The notes: generated from the sequence alone by a model not told the origin. DNA of 64,000 nucleotides from Candidatus Kaiserbacteria bacterium (GCA_963699165.1 OY969413.1:468562-532561), one strand, 5' to 3'. Shown: positions 46,319 through 56,932, counted from the stretch's first letter. Numbers and translations are program-made.

Positions 46319-47215
46319 TTATGGATGCACGACTTTCCATTGGTTTGCGACGCCCTGACCTTTCATATCGCCGGACTTCGTATCCGATTTGTAATAGTAT
46401 AGCGGCGCGCCGTTGTACGTCATCTGTTTCGTGCCGTCGCCGCGCGTCAACGTGCCGACCGTTCCCGAGACGCCCGATTGCACGTTCGCAAGGACGCTCG
46501 TCGTGCCGACAAGATACGGCGGCCACGCCGCCGCGCACGCGCCGGTGCAATTTGACGTGCTTGAAGCGTCTTTGTCGTACGCATAGAGCGTCATGCCGTT
46601 CGAGCCGATGAGATATGTTCCGAGCTTTGCGCTTGCGTCCGTGCCGAGAAGAAGATTCCCGGCGGCGTATTCGTTTGCGGGAATTTCAGCGAGCATACCG
46701 TTTGCGATCTGCAGATATTTCGATACGCCGATTGACGGCTCCGCGGACATCGGCTCGCTTGGACTGCGGTCGGCGTAATTCACGACAACCTGTCCGTCTT
46801 CGATTTGCGTCGTTTGCGGAGCAATGCGGTCGCCAAGCAGAATGCCGTTCGTGCCTTGATAGCCGTCCGGCGTTTTAATCGCCGCGACAATGTAATAAAA
46901 GGTGCCGCTGCCGCCGCTGTTTTGCGTAAGAATAAACGCAACGTCCGGAACGCCGTCGCCGTTCAAATCGCCGGTCGCCTCATTCCCGAAATACTGCGTC
47001 ACGATGTTCGAAGCCGAACCGGGCGCGGCCGGAACCGTCGAACTTCCGTTTACGAGCGTTACCGATTGCCCTTCGATAGTGTATGCCGCGTTTTTGTAAT
47101 CTGCGGTTTGCGTTTGCGGGGCCTGCGTTTGCGCCACGTGAGACTTGCTTGCCCAATACCAAATACCGAGTATTGCGACGATAATGACGGCAGATATGAT
47201 GAAGCGCATATTCAT
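46319..47215 (-). CDS. Secreted protein with C-terminal COG4315-like repeat
   Basis: GMTLY...C..AC..AWPP...PLYYY..D...GD..G. Confidence 0.75.
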   Translation of the reverse strand: MNMRFIISAVIIVAILGIWYWASKSHVAQTQAPQTQTADYKNAAYTIEGQSVTLVNGSSTVPAAPGSASNIVTQYFGNEATGDLNGDGVPDVAFILTQNSGGSGTFYYIVAAIKTPDGYQGTNGILLGDRIAPQTTQIEDGQVVVNYADRSPSEPMSAEPSIGVSKYLQIANGMLAEIPANEYAAGNLLLGTDASAKLGTYLIGSNGMTLYAYDKDASSTSNCTGACAAAWPPYLVGTTSVLANVQSGVSGTVGTLTRGDGTKQMTYNGAPLYYYKSDTKSGDMKGQGVANQWKVVHP

Positions 47216-47358
47216 AGAGGCATAGTTTTTAGACGGCATAAGAACTATAGTATGACAGACATTCGAATATAAACACCGCCCCGCCCGCGCCCGTGAGAAA
47301 ATGCGCGGGAATAGCGTATACTACCCTCGTCCCCATGACGTTTCCGAGAGAAACCAGA

Positions 47359-48345
47359 ATGCATTGGCTGCCGGTTCTCGCGCTTTGCGCCGGAGTGCTC
47401 GCCGGCCTACTCATCGGCCGTCAAATGGGAGCGCAATCCGCACCGGCTCCTGCGGCGACCGACCAGGAAGTCGATATCCGCGCAAACGCGGACGAACATG
47501 ATTTCATCAGCCCGCTCATCGAATGCGCCAATACCGACCCTGCCGCTCTGCAAAATAGCGACGCGAACAAGCTGAAGAGCGGCCTGCAATCGCTTATTTC
47601 CGCCTGGACCGCGCAAGGCAAGGTCACGGAGGTCTCCGTATATTTCAGGCAAATGAACGACGGCGCGTGGTTCGGCATCGACGGATCCGCTGTCTTTACT
47701 CCGGGAAGCCTTCTCAAGGTCCCGGTCGTCATGAGCGTATTGCACCACGCCGAAAGCGACCCCGGGTTCATCGATAAAAAAATCACGTTCGACACTCCGC
47801 CCATCGACGACGAACAGCACTACCCTCCAGCGCAGAAGATTGCGCCCGGAAAATCGTACACGGTTAAAGAGCTCATCGAATCGACGCTGAAATACTCCGA
47901 CAACAACGCCGCCTATTTGCTTGCGAACTCCATCGACTGGAAAGAACTCACCGACTCGTTTTCCGATCTCGGCATTCAAAATCCGCCGCAGGATGTGGAC
48001 GCCACGACCACCGTGCAGAATTACGCGTCTTTCTTCCGCACCCTGTACAACGCAACGTATCTCAACCGGGACGATTCGGAATTTGTGCTCGACGCTCTGT
48101 CTCAATCGACATTCACGCAAGGACTCGTCGCGGGCGTGCCGAACGGCGTTCCCGTATCGCACAAGTTCGGAGAACGCGAGCTGGATACCGTCAACCAACT
48201 CCACGACTGCGGCATCGTGTATGCCCCGACCAGCCCGTATCTGCTCTGTGTGATGACGCGCGGAGACAATTACGACGATTTGGCATCGGCCATCGCGAGC
48301 ATTTCGCGGACCGTGTACAACTCCGTCAACGCGCCGAAGCAGTAG
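47359..48345 (+). CDS. Class A beta-lactamase-like serine hydrolase
   Basis: SxxK (SLLK), SDN, HKFG, HDCGIVY; start codon uncertain. Confidence 0.82.
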   Translation: MHWLPVLALCAGVLAGLLIGRQMGAQSAPAPAATDQEVDIRANADEHDFISPLIECANTDPAALQNSDANKLKSGLQSLISAWTAQGKVTEVSVYFRQMNDGAWFGIDGSAVFTPGSLLKVPVVMSVLHHAESDPGFIDKKITFDTPPIDDEQHYPPAQKIAPGKSYTVKELIESTLKYSDNNAAYLLANSIDWKELTDSFSDLGIQNPPQDVDATTTVQNYASFFRTLYNATYLNRDDSEFVLDALSQSTFTQGLVAGVPNGVPVSHKFGERELDTVNQLHDCGIVYAPTSPYLLCVMTRGDNYDDLASAIASISRTVYNSVNAPKQ

Positions 48346-48358
48346 CAGGCGGCCGCAG

Positions 48359-49765
48359 TCAAATCTTCAGGACGAACAGCATGTTCGTCGAGCCGCGCAC
48401 GCCGAAGTCGAGTCCGGCCGCAATCACAACCGAGTCGCCCTCCTGCGCAAGCTTCTCGTTTTGGATGAATTCTTTTACCAATGCGACATTTGCGTCGAAA
48501 TTGCCTGCGCTTTTGAATTCGTACGAGTACACGCCGCGCGAGAGCGCCAAGCTATGGAGCGTTTTCTGGTTCGGCGTGAGCGCAATAATCGGACACGCCG
48601 GGCGAAAGCGCGAGACGAGCCGAGCGGTCGTGCCGGATTCGGTCAAGGTCACGATGATTCTCGCGTGTATCATGCGCGCCGTGTGCCACACCGATTTGCT
48701 TATTGAATCCTGAATGCTGATTTCTTTGACCTCTTTCACCGCCGCCTGATGTTTCTCGATGGTCTCGGCGATGCGCGACATCATCGAGACCGCTTCGACG
48801 GGATACTCGCCGAGCGCGCTTTCTTCGGAAAGCATCACGGCGTCCGTGCCGTCGTTGATAGCGTTTGCGATGTCGGAGACCTCCGCGCGCGTCGGCACGG
48901 GAGAATGAATCATCGATTCGAGCATTTGCGTTGCGGTGATGACCGGCTTGCCGAGCAAATTGCATTTGCCGATGATTTCTTTTTGATAGAGCGGCACCAT
49001 TTCGGTCGGAACTTCGACGGCGAGGTCGCCGCGCGCAACCATTGCGCCGTCCGCCTCGGCAAGAATCGCGTCCAGATTATCAATCGCTTCCTGCGTCTCG
49101 ATTTTTACGATAATAGGAACGATGTTGCCCGCCTTTTCCATGAGTGCGCGAAGTTCGCGCACGTCCTCGGCGCGGCGTACAAACGAGAGTGTGACGATAT
49201 CAACGCCGAGTTGCAAACCGAACGCGAGGTCCTCGCGGTCTTTTTCGGTAATCGTCGCGATGGAAAGATGAGCGCCCGGAACATTCACGCCGCGGCGCGA
49301 TTTAAGTTCGCCGCCCATTACGATGCGGCAGCGGATTTCGGTACCATCCACGGACATAACCTCGAGAATTTTCTTTCCGTCGTCAACAAGGATGTTCGTA
49401 CCTGTTTCCACTTCCTGCGGAAGTTTCGGGTAGTTGACGGAGATGCGCGAAGCGTCGCCGACGATTTCTTCGGTTGTGATAATGATTTCCCTCCCCGTCT
49501 CAATGGTGATGCGTTCGGTCACGTAGTCGCCGGTGCGGATTTTCGGACCCGAGAGGTCAAGAAGAACCGGCAGCGGCACGTCGAGTTTTTCCGCGACGGT
49601 GCGAATGTTTTTTATCTGCGCGGCATGGCTCTCATGATTGCCGTGGCTCATGTTGCAGCGCGCAACGTTTAACCCCGCGTTCACGAGCTTTTCAAGCATC
49701 TCGACCGATTCGCTTGCGGGACCGATAGTGGCGACGATTTGCGTCTTTTTCTTTTGATAGTGCAT
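48359..49765 (-). CDS. pyk: Pyruvate kinase
   Basis: IVATIGPAS, DLSGPKIRTG, MVARGDL, TATQMLESM, DAVMLS. Confidence 0.97.
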   Translation of the reverse strand: MHYQKKKTQIVATIGPASESVEMLEKLVNAGLNVARCNMSHGNHESHAAQIKNIRTVAEKLDVPLPVLLDLSGPKIRTGDYVTERITIETGREIIITTEEIVGDASRISVNYPKLPQEVETGTNILVDDGKKILEVMSVDGTEIRCRIVMGGELKSRRGVNVPGAHLSIATITEKDREDLAFGLQLGVDIVTLSFVRRAEDVRELRALMEKAGNIVPIIVKIETQEAIDNLDAILAEADGAMVARGDLAVEVPTEMVPLYQKEIIGKCNLLGKPVITATQMLESMIHSPVPTRAEVSDIANAINDGTDAVMLSEESALGEYPVEAVSMMSRIAETIEKHQAAVKEVKEISIQDSISKSVWHTARMIHARIIVTLTESGTTARLVSRFRPACPIIALTPNQKTLHSLALSRGVYSYEFKSAGNFDANVALVKEFIQNEKLAQEGDSVVIAAGLDFGVRGSTNMLFVLKI

Positions 49766-49859
49766 ATTCCCACTATGTCAGATGGCGCTATTTCGCACCA
49801 CTGGGGACAACGATGCGCGGCGCCAAGGGCGCCGCGCATCGTGTGCTACGCTATTCCCT

Positions 49860-50567
49860 ATGAAAATCCACACACTGCCGGGCGACAAGGTAATCGAAGG
49901 GGCCGCACAAGCGCTGAACGAAGCTTTTGCGAAGCAAGCGGGCAAAGAATTCCTCTTTCTCTCCTGCGGCGGTTCGTCGCTTGCGATTCTCGACCACCTC
50001 GACTCGAATAATTTCGGCCCGCGAAGCACGGTGAGCGTGCTCGACGAGCGATACACCACCGATCCGGCAAACAATACGTTTGCGCTCATTACGCAAACCG
50101 ATTTTTATAAAAAGATTTCGGCAAATGGCGCGCATTTTATCGATACGCGTGTAGAGGATGGCGAAAGCATCGAAGGACTCGCAAAGCGTTTTGAAGACGG
50201 ACTCCGCGACTGGCGCGGACGCACGCATGGCGCCGTTATTGCAATGGTCGGCATCGGGCCGGACGGCCACACGGGCGGCATGATGCCCCACCCCGACGAG
50301 GTCGAGTTTTTCAACACGACGTTTAACGACGACGCACATTGGGTCGCGTCCTACGATGCAAAAGACAGAAATCCATTTCGCCTGCGCGTGACGACGACGC
50401 TCCCTTTCATGCGAACCATCGACACGGCGATTATTTATATGGTCGGCGAAAACAAACGCCGGTCACTCGAAAGACTGCTCGCAGACGAGGGCGGACTTGC
50501 GGAGACGCCGTGCCGCGTATGGAAAGATGTCGCGGGCGCGGAGCTTTTTACCGACCTTACGCCTTAA
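49860..50567 (+). CDS. pgl: 6-phosphogluconolactonase-like protein
   Basis: CGGSS, DERY, GIGPDGHT, GENK; adjacent to gnd. Confidence 0.75.
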   Translation: MKIHTLPGDKVIEGAAQALNEAFAKQAGKEFLFLSCGGSSLAILDHLDSNNFGPRSTVSVLDERYTTDPANNTFALITQTDFYKKISANGAHFIDTRVEDGESIEGLAKRFEDGLRDWRGRTHGAVIAMVGIGPDGHTGGMMPHPDEVEFFNTTFNDDAHWVASYDAKDRNPFRLRVTTTLPFMRTIDTAIIYMVGENKRRSLERLLADEGGLAETPCRVWKDVAGAELFTDLTP

Positions 50568-52036
50568 ACGCTGTAGGTGCTGCTGCTCGTCGAACCGCCG
50601 CGGCCCGTCCAGTTCGTGTGGAAGAATTCGCCGCGCGGTTTGTCGACGCGTTCGTAGGTGTGCGCGCCAAAGTAGTCGCGCTGGGCTTGGAGCAGGTTCG
50701 CGGGAAGTGATGCGCTTCGATACTGGTCGAAGAAAGAGAGCGCCGTGCTGAAGGCCGGCACGGGAATTCCCCGCTTCGCGGCTGTCGCGACGATGTTTCG
50801 CCATCCTTTTTGCGCGGCGCGTATTTCGCCGCGAAAATAATCGTCGAGAAGCAGATTCGCGAGCTTCGGATTCTTTTCGTACGCCTCTTTTATCTTTCCG
50901 AGAAAACGCGAGCGAATGATACAGCCGCCGCGCCACATGAGCGCGATGTTGCCGTAGTTGAGGTCAAAGCCGTACTCTTTCGCGGCGGCGCGCATGAGCA
51001 TGTAGCCCTGCGCATAGCTCACGATTTTTGATGCATACAGCGCATCGTGCAAATCGGCGATAAACTTTTTTTTCTTTTCCGCATCACCCGCAATGCTTCC
51101 GAGCAATGCTTTCGGCCCCTTCAGTTTCTTCGACGCCTTCACGCGTTCGTCTTTCAGCGCGGAAACACAGCGCGAGTAGACCGCCTCGGCGATGAGCGTA
51201 ATCGGGATGCCGACGTGAAGCGAGTTAATCACCGTCCATTTGCCCGTTCCCTTTTGACCGGCGGCATCCAAAATCTTGTCGACGAGCGGCGAGCCGTCTT
51301 CGTCTTTTTTCGCGAGAATGTCGGCGGTGATTTCTATCAAATACGAATCGAGCGTGCCCTTGTTCCACTCGGCAAAGACGCTCTGCATTTCATCCGCGCT
51401 CATGCCGAGGCCGTTTTTCATAATGCTGTACGCCTCGCCGATGAGCTGCATGTCGCCGTACTCGATGCCGTTGTGCACCATTTTGACGTAGTGCCCCGCG
51501 CCGCGCTCGCCCACCCAGTCACAGCAGGGCGTGCCATCTTCGACTTTTGCCGAAATGCTCTGAAAAATTTCCTTCACAAAAGGCCACCCGGCGGCGGAGC
51601 CGCCGGGCATGATGCTCGGCCCGCGCCGCGCACCCTCCTCGCCGCCCGAAACGCCCGTGCCGATGTAGAGCAGGCCTTTGCTCTCCACATATGCCGTGCG
51701 CCGATTCGTATCTTCAAAAAGCGAATTTCCGCCGTCGATGATGATGTCGCCTTTCTCCAGGTGCGAAAGCAACTGCTCGATAAACTCATCCACCGGCGCG
51801 CCTGCTTTGACGAGCATCATCACGCGCCGCGGGCGCTTTAACTTCGACACCATCTCCTCGATTGAATGTGCGCCGATAATCTTCGTCCCTTTCGCTTCAT
51901 TCGCCAAAAACTCGTCCACTTTCGACGTCGTCCGGTTATACACGACGACGGTATACCCGTGGTCGTCCATGTTCAGCACCAAGTTCTGCCCCATCACCGC
52001 GAGCCCTATAAGCGCAATGTCTGCTTTCGGTTCCAT
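50564..52036 (-). CDS. gnd: NADP-dependent 6-phosphogluconate dehydrogenase
   Basis: GLAVMG, GVSGGEEGA, VKMVHNGIEY, QAQRDYFGAH. Confidence 0.97.
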   Translation of the reverse strand: MEPKADIALIGLAVMGQNLVLNMDDHGYTVVVYNRTTSKVDEFLANEAKGTKIIGAHSIEEMVSKLKRPRRVMMLVKAGAPVDEFIEQLLSHLEKGDIIIDGGNSLFEDTNRRTAYVESKGLLYIGTGVSGGEEGARRGPSIMPGGSAAGWPFVKEIFQSISAKVEDGTPCCDWVGERGAGHYVKMVHNGIEYGDMQLIGEAYSIMKNGLGMSADEMQSVFAEWNKGTLDSYLIEITADILAKKDEDGSPLVDKILDAAGQKGTGKWTVINSLHVGIPITLIAEAVYSRCVSALKDERVKASKKLKGPKALLGSIAGDAEKKKKFIADLHDALYASKIVSYAQGYMLMRAAAKEYGFDLNYGNIALMWRGGCIIRSRFLGKIKEAYEKNPKLANLLLDDYFRGEIRAAQKGWRNIVATAAKRGIPVPAFSTALSFFDQYRSASLPANLLQAQRDYFGAHTYERVDKPRGEFFHTNWTGRGGSTSSSTYSV

Positions 52037-52093
52037 AATGGCCTCATACTAGCATTTCCGATTGTGAAGGTCGGGCGAACATCCTCCCGCATT

Positions 52094-52114
52094 TCAAGAA
52101 AAGCCCAGACGGCT
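52094..52114 (-). repeat. Displaced copy of the SprT/M48 gene 3' end
   Basis: AGC CGT CTG GGC TTT TCT TGA versus native AGC CGC CTG GGT TTT TCT TGA (54331-54351). Confidence 0.8.
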
Positions 52115-52575
52115 CAATAACCTTCAGGGGGCCGCATCTTCTCGCCCAAAAGGTTAAATGTTTGCGCCCGTATCTGTGCGTCAATCTTTTTGACCTCATC
52201 GTCTATTTTTTCCCGCTCGTGCGGTGATTTGTCGGCCAGTATGTGTTCGAGTGTTTTCTCAAAATCATTTTTAAACTTCTGGTTTATGTCCTTCCAGCGA
52301 ATGCCTTTCATCTCTTCAGCGATTGCGGCTGTGTACGATAGTTTTCCAATCGCCATCAAGAATGCTATCGCAGGATATCCGAGATAGCCCTTATAAAAAG
52401 ACCCGTTATCGTTAGTCATGATGGAGTTTGAAGCGGGGTCGTACATAACGTCATAGAACTTATTGCCACTGGATGAGTAGACCTTGGCAGTATCCTTAGA
52501 AACCATTATGCGTTTGTCGGTTAAAGCCCCCAACGCTTCATAGATTTTGATTATAGGGGGATGTTTCCACTGCAT
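52114..52575 (-). CDS. Hypothetical protein
   Basis: 153-aa ORF; no function recognised. Confidence 0.75.
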   Translation of the reverse strand: MQWKHPPIIKIYEALGALTDKRIMVSKDTAKVYSSSGNKFYDVMYDPASNSIMTNDNGSFYKGYLGYPAIAFLMAIGKLSYTAAIAEEMKGIRWKDINQKFKNDFEKTLEHILADKSPHEREKIDDEVKKIDAQIRAQTFNLLGEKMRPPEGY

Positions 52576-52606
52576 GGCTTTATCTTATAGGTTTCGCGCT
52601 CAAATT

Positions 52607-52637
52607 AAAAACCTCGGTACAACGTACCGAGGTTTTT
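52607..52637. terminator. Terminator-like hairpin
   Basis: aaaaacctcggtac-aac-gtaccgaggttttt. Confidence 0.7.
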
Positions 52638-52639
52638 GG

Positions 52640-53425
52640 CTATTTGTAGTACTTGGACAGAAAATCTGCCAAGTCGGCAGAGAGTTTCTGCCCTTGTTGC
52701 TGTGATTCACGCTTCCGAAATGCCGAGTAAATCTCGATTTGAATAGCGTTGATGCCGTAGTGTTTTGCATACCAGCGCGTGGTATGACCGGCACTAAACG
52801 GATCGCCTTCGGGAACAGCAGGCGTCTCGGCGGGCAGGAAGACTTTGTATCCGCGCGCTTCCAAAAAGCGTGCAAGCAGCCGGTCGACTTCTCCGAAATG
52901 GATAGTCGTCCGATTTCCCGTTCCAAGGATGAGGTCATAACCCTCTGTCGGAGCTATTTTGGGTTGTTTGCCGAACCCGTGCATGTCCAAGAAGATGATG
53001 TTTTCTTTTCCAAACATGCGCATCGACTGCTCTACCAAGCGGCACAACTCCGAGTGGTAGTGCTCATAGACGCCTTTTAATCGGGTATCATCAAGTGCCG
53101 TTTGCCCTTGCGTGTCCGGGTCAAGATTGGCGCCTGATGGCAATTCTCGATTGGCATCGACATACGCCCGCGCCATCAAGAAGCGCACAACATCTATCTT
53201 TGCGCCACGCATCAAAGCGCCGTACACGATGTCGTTTACAATCGGATACACATGGGCATCGCGCCCTTTGACGCCCGATCTTCGCACTTGAAACATTCCC
53301 GCAAAATCGTTTGCTATGAACCCGTCATGCGGTACTGCGAGGATGACTCTTGAAGCGGTTGGATGCGAAAGAACAATCGAGAAGTTGGAGTTAACGAGTG
53401 TTACACCAGGTGCAAGTTGAATCAC
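52640..53425 (-). CDS. N-formylglutamate amidohydrolase family protein
   Basis: VPHDG, RAYVDANR, YEHYH, LDMHG, AIQIEI. Confidence 0.8.
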   Translation of the reverse strand: MIQLAPGVTLVNSNFSIVLSHPTASRVILAVPHDGFIANDFAGMFQVRRSGVKGRDAHVYPIVNDIVYGALMRGAKIDVVRFLMARAYVDANRELPSGANLDPDTQGQTALDDTRLKGVYEHYHSELCRLVEQSMRMFGKENIIFLDMHGFGKQPKIAPTEGYDLILGTGNRTTIHFGEVDRLLARFLEARGYKVFLPAETPAVPEGDPFSAGHTTRWYAKHYGINAIQIEIYSAFRKRESQQQGQKLSADLADFLSKYYK

Positions 53426-53784
53426 GATTTACTCCTTTGATTTCTGAGTTTGCAGTTCTGCCATATCCGGCTCATTTCTGAAAAACAAAAACTGCCCCGA
53501 GAGGGCAGGTTCAGTTGTGAACAGAATTTGGCAGCCGTCTCAGTCAATATGAATAGCCACCGTGGGGCGGATAGCTCGACCAAGTAGAGACGTGCTGGTT
53601 GATAAGCATGTGCCCGACTATAACGCTGTAGAAGCCCGTAGTAAAGATTGCCCCCGAATACTGAAAGAGCCGAAATCGAGCTATCCCCAACCTCATTGAA
53701 ATTAAATCTTGAGGATGTATAATACGCTCAATCACCACGGAAAAGACCCTTGCAGAGTTCGTCTCTGCCGGGGGTTTTTCCTTT

Positions 53785-54303
53785 TTATATTCGCCTTTTT
53801 GTCCGTGCCTCAAGAAGATGCTTTTGGTCGTCAATATACGCAATCGGGGCGTCCGTCCTCTTCAACAAGATTGAGCATTTGCTTGCAGGAGCGGGAGATA
53901 AGATTGTCTCCAGTTTTCCTTTGTCACTCAATATTTTTATCAGCGGAGCATAATCACCATCGCTCGCGACGATTACCGCTTTCTGTAAGTCGCCCTCGTA
54001 CATATCTGTCATGGCTTGCGTCACAAGATCTGTATCGCAATTCCCTTTCACCTTACCCATGTCATAGAGAACATCTTTGAAAACCAGTTCAAAACCGCAA
54101 CCTTGCAGATAATTATAAAGATTCTTGTACCGCGGAATCAGACCGATGAAAATATATGCACGCTCGACTTTGTATTTATCGCTAAGCCATTTGCGGAATC
54201 TTCCGTAATCGAGCTCCCAGAGAAGCGTCAACCGAAGCGCCTTATCGAGATTGGCGGCATCGATATACGCTATGTTGACTAACTTCCGTCCGTCGGCATC
54301 CAT
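53785..54303 (-). CDS. NYN-domain (LabA/DUF88) protein
   Basis: YIDAANL, KGNCDTDL, ASDGDY. Confidence 0.88.
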   Translation of the reverse strand: MDADGRKLVNIAYIDAANLDKALRLTLLWELDYGRFRKWLSDKYKVERAYIFIGLIPRYKNLYNYLQGCGFELVFKDVLYDMGKVKGNCDTDLVTQAMTDMYEGDLQKAVIVASDGDYAPLIKILSDKGKLETILSPAPASKCSILLKRTDAPIAYIDDQKHLLEARTKRRI

Positions 54304-54330
54304 TTTCGAATTTTACCACCTCCACTCGCC

Positions 54331-54909
54331 TCAAGAAAAACCCAGGCGGCTTTTCTTGAGTTCTTTTCGCAAAGCACGGTAGTCCGGCACGGTTTTGGCG
54401 ACCAAATCCCAAAATTTCTTCGAATGATTGAATTCGCCTAAGTGGCAGAGCTCATGCACGACGATGTAGTCCGCAAGATGCGGCGGCAAAAGCGCGATTT
54501 TGTAGTTAAAATTCAAATTGCCCTTGCGCGAGCAACTGCCCCACCGCGTCTTTTGATTTCTGATTTGTATCTTGTTCACGCGAAAATGATACGAGGAATT
54601 GAAATGTTCAATGCGTTTTTCAGCAAGCGCTAGCGCGCTTGCTTTGTGCTCGGCAAAATGCTTTTTACTGCTTTTTACAAAAACCTGTCCGGTAAACTTT
54701 TTAAAATAGTCGAGCTTGTCCGAAATCCAAACCGATTTTTTTGCGACAAATTCCTCGGCCAGCCGCTTATTCATTTGCCGCGGCACCGTCACTACGCACG
54801 CGCCGTCACAGCGTACGGTTAGCCGCATCCTCCGCGCGCGCTTACTCACCTTGAGCGTGTATGAGATGTTTCTCTTTGGCAATTGACTTCGCATTTGCAA
54901 TTTTGACAT
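54331..54909 (-). CDS. SprT/M48-like zinc metallopeptidase (YgjP/DUF45)
   Basis: QKTRWGSCS, YIVVHELCHL..NHSKKFW. Confidence 0.9.
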   Translation of the reverse strand: MSKLQMRSQLPKRNISYTLKVSKRARRMRLTVRCDGACVVTVPRQMNKRLAEEFVAKKSVWISDKLDYFKKFTGQVFVKSSKKHFAEHKASALALAEKRIEHFNSSYHFRVNKIQIRNQKTRWGSCSRKGNLNFNYKIALLPPHLADYIVVHELCHLGEFNHSKKFWDLVAKTVPDYRALRKELKKSRLGFS

Positions 54910-54952
54910 CAGTTTTGATTAAAACTCGGTCATGTCTATCTGCGACTACCAA

Positions 54953-55771
54953 CTAATTTCCAACTAGTGGTGCTGCTTTCTTTTCAACGCCAATTTGATG
55001 CTCGCCGAATTTAACTTTATACGCTGTGAAAAGTTCTTGCGCCAGATCTAAGATGGTTTTTGTATATCCCTCCATAGTGGATTCAGTTCTAGTTTTTCGA
55101 GTACGATATCTAACTGTCCTCGAAGCTGCGCCAAGCAGATTAATATCCATATTATGGCTAATTTCATTTCTCACCGTAAAGGCGTCTCTTAATAAATTAA
55201 GTTTTGCAGTAGTAAAAATCTGCTTGGTATTTAATCCAGATGCGTCGGAAGCTTTGCAAAGTTGGCCTGTCGACTGGAGACTTTCTTTTGTCATGCTTTC
55301 AATATAGTCCCTCAGAAAAACGTCTCGCGGTTGTCTATCAATCAATGCAAGGGCAACTGTATTTAGCGTATCTTTCTCGTTTCGGTTAATTCCACTCCTG
55401 ACGTATTCTTTAAATTTGTTCTGTGCAGTCTCATCGACATCAACCAACATCGAGAGTTTGGAACTCAAAAGTTGTTTGACAAGCATATCCAGTCCGGCAC
55501 ACGCAAAAATTAACATGGCTCGATATAAATCTTGTTGTGCGTGCGTAGACGGTCCACCTCTCGCCCCACTACGCCCCGTTCTGTATAATGTATTGAAATT
55601 ATTGACCGCCTCGACCGTTTTTAAAATGACACTGTGTTCAAATTCGAATAGGCTCCCGGGACTTTCTGCTTCGAGGGTAGTTCTGTAAAAAATGTGAGAT
55701 TGGTTTGGTATTGCTCTTCCAGGGTGCGGTCTCCGAACTGTAATTTTTTTTGATACTTTTTTTGCTGCCAT
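54953..55771 (-). CDS. Hypothetical protein, possible HEPN-family RNase
   Basis: Helical AT-rich ORF with Rx4H motif (RNEISH). Confidence 0.55.
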   Translation of the reverse strand: MAAKKVSKKITVRRPHPGRAIPNQSHIFYRTTLEAESPGSLFEFEHSVILKTVEAVNNFNTLYRTGRSGARGGPSTHAQQDLYRAMLIFACAGLDMLVKQLLSSKLSMLVDVDETAQNKFKEYVRSGINRNEKDTLNTVALALIDRQPRDVFLRDYIESMTKESLQSTGQLCKASDASGLNTKQIFTTAKLNLLRDAFTVRNEISHNMDINLLGAASRTVRYRTRKTRTESTMEGYTKTILDLAQELFTAYKVKFGEHQIGVEKKAAPLVGN

Positions 55772-55777
55772 AAAATT

Positions 55778-56113
55778 TTATGAAATGCGATCTTCTGTTG
55801 TTGGAAGTGCAGTTGCAACACCTTCCGAAAATAAAGTATCACAATGCTGCAACATACTTTCTATAAAACGCCCATGATAAACGGCATATACCAGCGAGCT
55901 GATGTTGACGGGTTCTGGTTTAATAATTGTTAGAACAAGTTCACCAGTCCTGACGTGTGGGCGAAGCCAAGCCTTATTCCTCCACTGATCTGGCGTATGC
56001 GTAAAATCACCATCCGTATCACATGACCAAGTTACAATTAGCTTTTCGTCAATCGCTTTTTTGAAAGCATTTAGTAAAGCCTGTGGGGTGTTTGTTTTGA
56101 AATGTATTGCCAT
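55778..56113 (-). CDS. Hypothetical protein
   Basis: 111-aa ORF co-oriented between the REase and the HEPN-like gene. Confidence 0.7.
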   Translation of the reverse strand: MAIHFKTNTPQALLNAFKKAIDEKLIVTWSCDTDGDFTHTPDQWRNKAWLRPHVRTGELVLTIIKPEPVNISSLVYAVYHGRFIESMLQHCDTLFSEGVATALPTTEDRIS

Positions 56114-56133
56114 ATTTGTACAAGTGTCACGCC

Positions 56134-56928
56134 TTAAATTATGGCAGTGGCCTTTTCGTATAACATCGGTAGACAATCCTGCCTCATCCTAAATTTCGTA
56201 CCATGATTGTGTCCCGTGCGCGCGTCGAAATCGACAAGAACTTTCCCTTCTTCCAAAGCTTTTAGAAAGCCTTCAAAGCTGAATTTCTGCAACATAGTCA
56301 CTTTCGTATAGTGGTAAAACTCTTTCTTCTTTTCTTTCTTGACTTCGGCCTGTACATAAAACGCATTAAGCAATTTTGTCCCTGCCTTGTGCTCCAAATC
56401 GTCGAATCCCCAATAGGGTTGCGGATTGAGATCCTTAAGGCCCACCTTCTTGCCCACACCAGCGAGCCACTTCTTGTGCCGAACATCAACACTTTGTGCA
56501 TCAAACGAAATCAAGACTTTGCGTTCCTTTCGGTCTATGACAACTTTAAAGCCTCTATCGCTCGGCGACTGTCCATGTATTGTTTGTCGAAAACTCATTT
56601 CGCATTTCGGGTACGTCGTGCCACTTTCCTGGTGAGCCCACCCGTATTTCGGCAGGAGAATTTGCGGAACGAATCGAATGGCTCGCGGCGAAGGCTCAAT
56701 ATGGAAAAGTGTCGTGAGAGAAGTTGTGTCGATTCTTTGCGTCTTCAATTCCCATTCCGCAGCATTTGGTATCGGCAAATTATTTTCTTTTATACCGAGC
56801 AAATCTTCCAGCGTGTTTCCAATTCCACCCGCATTACCGTGTCGAGCATTTGGAATCCATCCAGCAGCTGAAATCTTTTGCAGTTTTGCAATGAGTGCTG
56901 GCTTCGTATAAATGACAGGTTTGGGCAT
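56134..56928 (-). CDS. MvaI/BcnI-family restriction endonuclease
   Basis: GGIGNTLEDLLGIKENN, WELK, LTTLF, HNHGTKFR. Confidence 0.85.
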   Translation of the reverse strand: MPKPVIYTKPALIAKLQKISAAGWIPNARHGNAGGIGNTLEDLLGIKENNLPIPNAAEWELKTQRIDTTSLTTLFHIEPSPRAIRFVPQILLPKYGWAHQESGTTYPKCEMSFRQTIHGQSPSDRGFKVVIDRKERKVLISFDAQSVDVRHKKWLAGVGKKVGLKDLNPQPYWGFDDLEHKAGTKLLNAFYVQAEVKKEKKKEFYHYTKVTMLQKFSFEGFLKALEEGKVLVDFDARTGHNHGTKFRMRQDCLPMLYEKATAII

Positions 56929-56932
56929 GGAA

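Noticed and set aside
47359-48345. Bona fide antibiotic-resistance beta-lactamase
   Set aside because: It has KFG instead of KTG and no clear omega-loop ExxLN, so only a family-level call is supported.
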